Source of the DNA: Chloroflexota bacterium
GTDB taxonomy: Bacteria > Chloroflexota > Limnocylindria > QHBO01
DNA: 32,053 bases
NCBI GenBank assembly: GCA_040003165.1
Contig: JBDUDC010000002.1
Location: 1 to 32,053 of the forward strand
Reading direction: 5' to 3'
This document shows positions 25,703-32,053 of the stretch, piece by piece (position 1 is the first letter of the stretch; every line of letters starts with the position of its first letter). A program made the translations under genes and the position numbers. Below the pieces are notes generated by a model, which was given only the letters and a program-made list of their open reading frames with translations, was not told the DNA's origin and searched no databases.

Positions 25703-25720
25703 TCGGCCGGCCGCGGCCGA
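25703..25720 (+). terminator. Weak candidate terminator hairpin downstream of upp
   Basis: TCGGCCG-gccg-CGGCCGA (7-bp stem, 4-nt loop) followed by CTTCTCC. A second small hairpin, GGGCCG/CGGCCC, lies at 25662-25680. Confidence 0.25.
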
Positions 25721-25760
25721 CTTCTCCACAGCCAATCCCCAACCGCAAGGAGACGCCAAC

Positions 25761-26174
25761 GTGAACTGGACCCTCGAGCTCATCGTCGTCCCCGTCTCGG
25801 ACATCGATCGCGCCAAGGCCTTCTACGTTGAGAACGCAGGCTTCAACCTGGATGTCGACCACAGCGCCGGCAAGGACTTTCGCGTGGTGCAGCTGACGCC
25901 GCCGGGCTCGGCATGCTCAATTGCGCTGATGAGGAGCCCAGAGATGGCGGCAGGCTCGATCCATGGCCTGCATCTGTGTGTTCCCGACATCGAGGCCGCG
26001 CGGGCCGAGCTCGTCGAACGAGGCGTGGATCCCAGCGAGATGTGGCACATGGAGGGAGGCGGCCAGGCACCTGGGCCGGATCCGGAGCGCCGGAGCTATG
26101 CCACGTTCCTCTCCTTCAACGATCCGGATGGCAACACCTGGCTGGTCCAGGAGAAGCGTGCGCCGACGTCATGA
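25761..26174 (+). CDS. VOC (glyoxalase/bleomycin resistance/dioxygenase) family protein
   Basis: 137 aa. VPVSDIDRAKAFYVE..GF and FNDPDGNTWLVQE patterns. GTG start preceded by AAGGAG. Confidence 0.75.
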   Translation: MNWTLELIVVPVSDIDRAKAFYVENAGFNLDVDHSAGKDFRVVQLTPPGSACSIALMRSPEMAAGSIHGLHLCVPDIEAARAELVERGVDPSEMWHMEGGGQAPGPDPERRSYATFLSFNDPDGNTWLVQEKRAPTS

Positions 26175-26611
26175 CCGGCGCACCTCCCGCGGCCCGCGAA
26201 CGCGTGATCTTCCTCTGCACGCACAACAGCGCGCGGTCGCAGATGGCCGAGGGGATGCTGCGCGCCTGGGGCGAGGGAAGGTTCGACGCGTTCAGCGCGG
26301 GCACCATCCAGAGCGACCTCCGTCCCGAAGCGGTCGAGGTCATGCGCGAGATCGGGATCGATATCGGCGCCCAGCGGAGCAAAGCGATCGATCAGCTCGC
26401 CGGCCAGAGCTTCGACCGGTTGGTGACAGTGTGCGACGAGGCGAGGGAGAGCTGTCCCACACTGCCCGGAGTGACCGAGCAGCAACACTGGCAGATCGAC
26501 GACCCTTCTGCGGCTGAGGGCGACGAGGAGCAGCGCATCGGTGCCTTCCGCCGGGCGCGCGACGAGCTGGCGGAGCGCGTGCGCGACCTCGTCGCGGAGG
26601 CCGGGAGGTAG
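26171..26611 (+). CDS. arsC: Arsenate reductase, thioredoxin-coupled LMW-PTPase type
   Basis: 146 aa from the internal ATG (MTGAPP...). CX5R P-loop in IFLCTHNSARSQMAEG, plus the downstream redox cysteine pair in VTVCDEARESCPTLPG. ATGA overlap with the VOC stop. Confidence 0.85.
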   Translation: MTGAPPAARERVIFLCTHNSARSQMAEGMLRAWGEGRFDAFSAGTIQSDLRPEAVEVMREIGIDIGAQRSKAIDQLAGQSFDRLVTVCDEARESCPTLPGVTEQQHWQIDDPSAAEGDEEQRIGAFRRARDELAERVRDLVAEAGR

Positions 26612-26642
26612 GCGCCGGCCCGGCAGCGGCCGCACCGGCGCC
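26611..26642. terminator. Candidate bidirectional terminator hairpin between arsC and the Cys-rich sORF
   Basis: GGCGCCGG (26611-26618) / CCGGCGCC (26635-26642), with inner CGGC/GCCG pairing in the loop. It sits between the arsC stop (26609-26611) and the sORF stop (26654-26656). Confidence 0.4.
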
Positions 26643-26653
26643 CGATCAGCGGC

Positions 26654-26716
26654 TCAGCAGCAGCCGGTCCGGCAGCATTCGCCGCAGTCGCATTCGCAGT
26701 CAGCATCCGATCGCAT
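26654..26716 (-). CDS. Unannotated 20-aa cysteine-rich peptide MRSDADCECDCGECCRTGCC (candidate mini-metallothionein)
   Basis: ATG at 26716 is preceded by AAAGGAGG with 8-nt spacing. 8 of 20 residues are Cys, all encoded TGC. TGA stop at 26654-26656. A hairpin lies 12 nt downstream. It is divergent from arsR across an AT-rich operator region. It is too short to appear in the ORF track. Confidence 0.45.
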   Translation of the reverse strand: MRSDADCECDCGECCRTGCC

Positions 26717-26739
26717 GGCAGGCACCTCCTTTCCCAGAT

Positions 26740-26745
26740 ACTATA
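26740..26745 (-). promoter_or_regulatory. Candidate -10 hexamer TATAGT (minus strand) for the Cys-rich sORF
   Basis: The minus strand reads ATCGATATAGTATCTGGGAAAGGAGGTGCCTGCCATG. The hexamer sits about 23 nt upstream of the ATG, which leaves a short SD-containing leader. Confidence 0.35.
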
Positions 26746-26780
26746 TCGATGCCCGTCAATATAGACGAAGGCTGATATAG
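26741..26780. promoter_or_regulatory. Candidate ArsR/SmtB operator: inverted repeat CTATATCGA-N6-TCAATATAG plus a third half-site CTGATATAG
   Basis: 9-6-9 inverted repeat at 26741-26764 (8 of 9 complementary). A direct copy of the right arm lies at 26772-26780. This is the only strongly AT-rich island in this part of the window. It overlaps both candidate -10 elements. Confidence 0.45.
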
Positions 26781-26781
26781 T
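26773..26781 (+). promoter_or_regulatory. Candidate extended -10 promoter TGaTATAGT for arsR (leaderless geometry)
   Basis: TGATATAGTgacccgcgATG. The hexamer ends 8 nt before the ATG at 26790, and there is no SD. Confidence 0.45.
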
Positions 26782-26789
26782 GACCCGCG

Positions 26790-27077
26790 ATGAAGTCTGC
26801 CGACCCTGATGTCCTGCTCCTCTCCGCGCTGGCCGATCCGACGCGTCTGGAGATCGTTCGCCAGCTCGCCGCGGGCGGTGCCTGCGCGTGCGACTTCACC
26901 GATTGCTGCGGCGTCAGCCAGCCGACCATCTCGCACCACCTCAAGGTCCTTCGCGACGCGGACGTGGTCCAGAGCGAGCGCCGCGGCACGAACATCTACT
27001 ACTCGCTGGCGCCGTCGGTGGCCGGACGCTTCGCTTCGATCGGAGCCAGCCTCGCGGGGCTGGTTCGCATCTCCTGA
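26790..27077 (+). CDS. arsR: ArsR/SmtB family metalloregulatory repressor (thiolate alpha3-type site)
   Basis: 95 aa. LADPTRLEIVRQL and the wHTH block VSQPTISHHLKVLRDADVV. Cys32-x-Cys34 aligns with the ELCVCDL motif of ArsR, and an additional Cys39-Cys40 pair follows. There is no C-terminal His-rich alpha5 site. Confidence 0.88.
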   Translation: MKSADPDVLLLSALADPTRLEIVRQLAAGGACACDFTDCCGVSQPTISHHLKVLRDADVVQSERRGTNIYYSLAPSVAGRFASIGASLAGLVRIS

Positions 27078-27099
27078 TCGCCGCGCTACCCTTGATACG

Positions 27100-27603
27100 G
27101 TGACCCTCACCGTCCCCGCATGCCCGCACTGCGCCGGTCCGGATGAACAGCCGCTTATCTGCGCGCGATGCGCATGGCGCTGGTACTCCAATCCGAAGCC
27201 GGCGGCGGGCGTGATCCTCGAGCGCGACGGATCGATCCTCCTCCTGCGCCGTGCCGTCGAGCCCGGCGCAGGAGCATGGGATCTGCCCGCCGGTTATCTA
27301 GATCCGGGCGAATCGCCGGAAGAGGCGGCGCGCCGCGAGACGCTCGAGGAGGCCGGGCTTGACGTGGAGCTCCTCCGTCTCCTGGGCGTCTACACCAGCA
27401 GGCCGGGGAATGCGGTGGCATGCATCTATCTCGCGAGGATGCGGGATCCATCGGCCCCCGTACGGCTCGACCCCGAGTCAAGCGAATTCGCCTGGGTCCG
27501 GCACGAGGAGGTGGCCGACTGGCTGCCGCGCCTGGCGTTCCGATCGATGGCCGCCGCGCTCGCCGACTGGCGGGTGAATCGGTCGGGCGAGCCCCAGTCC
27601 TGA
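27100..27603 (+). CDS. Nudix hydrolase with an N-terminal zinc ribbon
   Basis: Nudix box [24 protein letters not shown]-terminal CPHC...CARC. I chose the GTG start at 27100; upstream codons of the ORF-track frame overlap arsR. TACCCT lies 7 nt upstream of the GTG. Confidence 0.8.
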   Translation: MTLTVPACPHCAGPDEQPLICARCAWRWYSNPKPAAGVILERDGSILLLRRAVEPGAGAWDLPAGYLDPGESPEEAARRETLEEAGLDVELLRLLGVYTSRPGNAVACIYLARMRDPSAPVRLDPESSEFAWVRHEEVADWLPRLAFRSMAAALADWRVNRSGEPQS

Positions 27604-27620
27604 CCTCAATTGGGCTGCGC

Positions 27621-27626
27621 TACACT
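27621..27626 (+). promoter_or_regulatory. Candidate -10 hexamer TACACT upstream of mdh
   Basis: TACACT lies 26 nt upstream of the ATG at 27653. GGAGA SD at 27644-27648. Confidence 0.25.
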
Positions 27627-27652
27627 CGAATGACCGCCCGACTGGAGACGAG

Positions 27653-28641
27653 ATGCCTGACTCCCACGTGAAGGTCGCCGTCACCGGCGCTGCCGGGCAG
27701 ATCGGCTATGCGCTCGTCTTTCGCATCGCTTCGGGACAGATGTTCGGGCCGGAGACCACGGTCGGGCTGCAGCTCCTCGAGCTCGAGCAGGCGTTGCCGG
27801 GCCTCGAGGGCGTTCGCATGGAGCTCGAGGATTGCGCCTTTCCGCAACTGCGAGAGGTGGTGACCACGTCGGAGGCCCCGAAGGCCTTCGATGGCGTGAG
27901 CTGGGCGCTCCTGGTGGGCGCGGTGCCGCGCAAGGCCGGGATGGAGCGCAACGACCTGCTCACCATCAACGGCGGAATCTTTAGCGGCCAGGGGCATGCG
28001 ATCGGCGCGCACGCCGATGACGACATCCGCGTGCTGGTGGTCGGCAACCCGTGCAACACCAACTGCCTGATCGCCGCCGCCAACGCGCCCGACATTCCCC
28101 CCGACCGATGGTTCGCAATGACGATGCTCGATGAGAACCGGGGCCGAAGCCAGCTCGCGAAAAGGGCCGGCGCTCCGGTCGACGAAGTCCGCGACCTTGC
28201 CATCTGGGGCAACCATTCGAGCACGCAGTTCCCGGACGCGTACCACGCCACCATCGGCGGACGACCGGCGCACGAGGTGATCGCCGACGACCCGTGGCTG
28301 CAGGGCGATTTCATCAGCACCGTTCAGCAGCGCGGCGCCGAGATCATCAAGGCGCGCGGACAGTCGAGCGCAGCATCGGCTGCGAACGCGATCATCGACA
28401 CCGTGCGAAACATCGCCCGGCCGAGCGGCGAGATCTTTTCGGCGGCGGTCCCCGCACCGGCGCAGGGCGCGTACGGCGTGCCGGAGGGAATCGTCTTCGG
28501 ATTTCCGCTGCGTGCGAGCGGCGGCGGCCGGGTCGAGATCGTGCAGGGAATCGAGCACGGAGAATGGGCGCGCGGCAAGATCGATGCGACGCTGGCCGAG
28601 CTGCTGGAGGAGCGCGACGCGGTGCGAGAGCTGATCCACGC

Positions 28642-28645
<4 letters not shown>
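27653..28645 (+). CDS. mdh: Malate dehydrogenase
   Basis: 330 aa. [25 protein letters not shown] and VVGNPCNTN motifs, typical of the Thermus/actinobacterial-type MDH. Confidence 0.93.
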
Positions 28646-29949
<1,304 letters not shown>

Positions 29950-29950
29950 G

Positions 29951-30733
29951 TTGCGCCTCACCGTTCTGGGCCGCTCGCCGGCCCGCCCGAATGCAAACGA
30001 GGCATGCGCCGGCTACCTGGTGGAGGCGGGCGGGTCGCGGGTCCTCCTCGACGCCGGCCCCGGGGTGGTGGCGCAGCTGCTCCGCATCGGACACCCCGAG
30101 GAGCTCGATGCGGTGGTGATCAGCCACATGCACACGGATCACTTCCTCGACCTCGTTACGCTGCGCTACGTCTACCCGTGGAGCGACGAGGCGCGTCGCA
30201 AGCTGCGGGTCATCCTGCCGCCCGGATCGATGGAGCAGATGGGCGACATGGCCCGCGGCGCGGGCTACCCCGACTTCTGGGAGAAGGCCTTCACCCTCGA
30301 GGAGCACGATGGAGAGCGGCCGTTCGAAGTCGCGGCGCTCCGGCTCGAGCCGGGTCCGACGCAGCACTACATCCCGACCTGGGGCTTTCGGATCACCGCG
30401 CGCGGCGCAGATGAAGACCCCTCGCGGCTCTTCGTCTACAGCGCGGACAGCGCTCCCTGCCAGCAGCTCGACCGTCTCATCGCCGGCGCTCACCTGCTCC
30501 TGTGCGAGGCGACGCTTCGTTCGCTGCAGGAGGACGCCTCCCCGCCCGAGCCGCGCGGACACCTCCTCCCTGCCGAGGCGGGCGAGATCGCGCGCCGCGC
30601 CGGCGTCGAGCGCCTCCTGCTGACCCACCTGCCGGCCGGGCCGTCGGGCGCGCCCGAGGCACGCCAGCAGGCGACGCAGGCCTTCGGAGGCGACGTGGGC
30701 ATCGCAGAGCCGCAGCGCAGTTACGACGTCTGA
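29951..30733 (+). CDS. MBL-fold metallo-hydrolase
   Basis: 260 aa. VISHMHTDHFLDL (HxHxDH motif). TTG start 1 nt after the gltA stop. Confidence 0.78.
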   Translation: MRLTVLGRSPARPNANEACAGYLVEAGGSRVLLDAGPGVVAQLLRIGHPEELDAVVISHMHTDHFLDLVTLRYVYPWSDEARRKLRVILPPGSMEQMGDMARGAGYPDFWEKAFTLEEHDGERPFEVAALRLEPGPTQHYIPTWGFRITARGADEDPSRLFVYSADSAPCQQLDRLIAGAHLLLCEATLRSLQEDASPPEPRGHLLPAEAGEIARRAGVERLLLTHLPAGPSGAPEARQQATQAFGGDVGIAEPQRSYDV

Positions 30734-30736
30734 CCG

Positions 30737-30755
30737 GCCGAGCGAGCTACTCGGC
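30737..30755. terminator. Small candidate bidirectional hairpin between two convergent genes
   Basis: GCCGAG-cgagcta-CTCGGC (6-bp stem). It overlaps the TAG stop of the minus-strand membrane protein gene and lies 4 nt after the MBL stop. Confidence 0.25.
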
Positions 30756-31286
30756 GCGAATCCGGGCTCGGGCGATGTAGCGGTCCGCGGACCAGACCGC
30801 CAAGGCCCACAGCTGGCTCACCAGCAGCACCGCCACCACCAGCATCGCGTCGAGCAGCAGCACGCCGACCCCCGGCAGGTTGCCGAAGACGAGCACGGCC
30901 AGCAGCACCATCGCGATCGTGATGGCTACCATTACCAGGCCGATCTTCGCGGCCGTCCACGCGAACCAGCCCAACGAGTGGCCCTGCGCGCGGCCTGCCA
31001 GCCAGAGGATGCATGGCCCCGACGCGCCGGCCAGCGCGACGTAGAACCCGAGGCTCGAGAGCAGGCTGTCGAGCCCCAGGCGCGTACCCGACACGATCCA
31101 TACAAAGAGCCAGACCGCCAGCAGGCCGGTCGCGGCGCCGATCCCGATCAGCCACGCCAGCAGCAGCGTGGCCGTGGCGCCGGAGAGGCGCTCCACGAGC
31201 TCACCGTCGTCAGTCTCGACCAGCTCGGTTGGGCTGTCGTCGGCCAGCTCGGGCGGCGAGTCGGGTTCCGGGTCGGACCGCGTCAC
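30747..31286 (-). CDS. Hypothetical integral membrane protein (about 4 TM segments, acidic N-terminus)
   Basis: The C-terminal 150 aa of the ORF-track frame contain clear hydrophobic helices (LLLAWLIGIGAATGLLAVWLFVWIV, VMVAITIAMVLLAVLVF, VLLLDAMLVVAVLLV). I chose GTG 31286, 14 nt after the upstream gene's stop. The longer version overlaps the PLP enzyme gene and is Arg/Gly-rich. Confidence 0.5.
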   Translation of the reverse strand: MTRSDPEPDSPPELADDSPTELVETDDGELVERLSGATATLLLAWLIGIGAATGLLAVWLFVWIVSGTRLGLDSLLSSLGFYVALAGASGPCILWLAGRAQGHSLGWFAWTAAKIGLVMVAITIAMVLLAVLVFGNLPGVGVLLLDAMLVVAVLLVSQLWALAVWSADRYIARARIRAE

Positions 31287-31300
31287 CGGCAGCGGGGCGC

Positions 31301-32053
31301 CTAGGCGGCGGCCGCAAAGGCGGCGTCGAGGTCCGCCACGAGGTCGTCCACGGCCTCGATCCCGACCGAGAGGCGGATGAGCCCGGGCGGAACGGCGAGC
31401 GGAGAGTCGGCGACCGAGAGATGGGTCATGGCCGCCGGCAGCTCGATCAGGGACTCGACCGCGCCGAGTGATTCCGCGAGTGTGAAGAGGCGCGTCGCGC
31501 CCACGAAGCGCCGCCCGCCTTCCTCTCCGGTGCGCAGCTCGAAAGAGACCATCGCGCCGGGGAGGCGCATCTGGCGGGCGGCCAGCTCCGCCTGCGGGTG
31601 CTCGGCGAGGCCCGGGTAGTGAACCGCCTCGACCTCGGGGCGACCGGTCAGCCATTCAGCGATGACGGCCGCGTTGGCGGAGGCGCGCTCCATGCGCACC
31701 GTCAGGGTTCGCAGGCCGCGCATCACGAGCCAGCAATCGAACGGGCTCGGCACCGCGCCGGCGGCGTTCTGGTGGAAGCGCAGCAGGCTGGCAAGCTCGT
31801 CGGAGCGGGTGGCAGCCAGCCCTCCGATCACGTCCGAGTGCCCGCCGAGGTACTTCGTTGCGGAGTGCAGGACGAGGTCAGCTCCCAGCTCGAGCGGGCG
31901 CTGCAGGTACGGCGTGGCGAACGTGTTGTCGACCACCGTGACGGCGCCCACGCCCGCTGCGAGGCGAGCGACCGATGCGATGTCGACCACCTTCAGCAGC
32001 GGGTTGGTTGGTGTCTCGACCCAGACCATGCGCGCCGGCTTTGGCTCGCGCAG
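31301..32053 (-). CDS. Cys/Met metabolism PLP-dependent enzyme (cystathionine gamma-synthase/beta-lyase/sulfhydrylase family), 5' end truncated by the window edge
   Basis: ETPTNPLLKVVDI, VVDNTFATPYLQRPLELGADLVLHSATKYLGGHSDVIGG (PLP-lysine motif SATKY). The reading frame stays open to the window end. Confidence 0.88.
   Translation of the reverse strand: MREPKPARMVWVETPTNPLLKVVDIASVARLAAGVGAVTVVDNTFATPYLQRPLELGADLVLHSATKYLGGHSDVIGGLAATRSDELASLLRFHQNAAGAVPSPFDCWLVMRGLRTLTVRMERASANAAVIAEWLTGRPEVEAVHYPGLAEHPQAELAARQMRLPGAMVSFELRTGEEGGRRFVGATRLFTLAESLGAVESLIELPAAMTHLSVADSPLAVPPGLIRLSVGIEAVDDLVADLDAAFAAAA

Noticed and set aside
25761-26174. The VOC protein as an ArsI-type C-As lyase, given its coupling to arsC
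   Set aside because: ArsI enzymes carry a vicinal Cys-Cys pair for binding trivalent organoarsenicals. This protein has only two isolated cysteines and no CC pair, so I call it a generic VOC family protein.
26392-26706. 104-aa minus-strand ORF listed in the track near the Cys-rich sORF
   Set aside because: It is in a different frame from the 20-codon ORF. It runs antisense across arsC, has no SD and has Ala/Ser/Arg-rich composition. The short SD-preceded frame at 26716 is the better reading of this region.
30747-31655. Full 302-aa version of the minus-strand membrane protein ORF
   Set aside because: The N-terminal 123 codons are Arg/Gly/Pro-rich. They overlap the 3' end of the well-supported PLP enzyme gene in another frame. 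I truncated the call to GTG 31286.

Overview
High-GC (roughly 70% by eye) bacterial chromosomal window. It is tightly packed, mostly with housekeeping genes, and looks actinobacterial or from another high-GC terrestrial lineage; I cannot assign a taxon. I found no rRNA, tRNA, CRISPR array, transposase or integrase. Gene order: thrB, ABC-F ATPase, ROK kinase, nagA, SIS-type GlcN6P deaminase (a chain of overlapping genes); a secreted NPPS-repeat protein with a sortase-like sorting signal; a short aspartokinase (-); mutY, a Cys-less Bcp-like protein and a Zn-ADH; gltX and an SseB-like gene (-); an orphan 148-aa gene followed by a 1155-aa zinc-ribbon/class III cyclase/P-loop/TPR STAND protein; SGNH hydrolase, murJ and asnB (-); DUF554; asparaginase-II and bactofilin (-); an FMN hydroxyacid oxidase and upp; VOC and arsC; arsR and a Nudix gene; mdh, gltA and an MBL hydrolase; a membrane protein and a truncated Cys/Met PLP enzyme (-). 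Many junctions are 4-nt ATGA-type overlaps. Several genes have a TAnnnT hexamer 8-9 nt before the ATG, which suggests leaderless mRNAs. The most interesting item is a 20-codon ORF absent from the ORF track (26654..26716, minus strand). It encodes MRSDADCECDCGECCRTGCC (8 Cys in 20 residues) and has a strong Shine-Dalgarno sequence. It is divergently transcribed from a thiolate-type ArsR/SmtB repressor across an AT-rich inverted-repeat operator, it sits next to arsC, and the window contains no arsenite pump. I read it as a candidate mini-metallothionein / metalloid-sequestration module. The other findings are annotation-level oddities: a non-canonical asparaginase start, a Cys-less peroxiredoxin fold, a truncated aspartokinase regulatory region and a second bactofilin membrane-targeting-like motif. 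All calls rest on motif recognition by eye; no searches were run.
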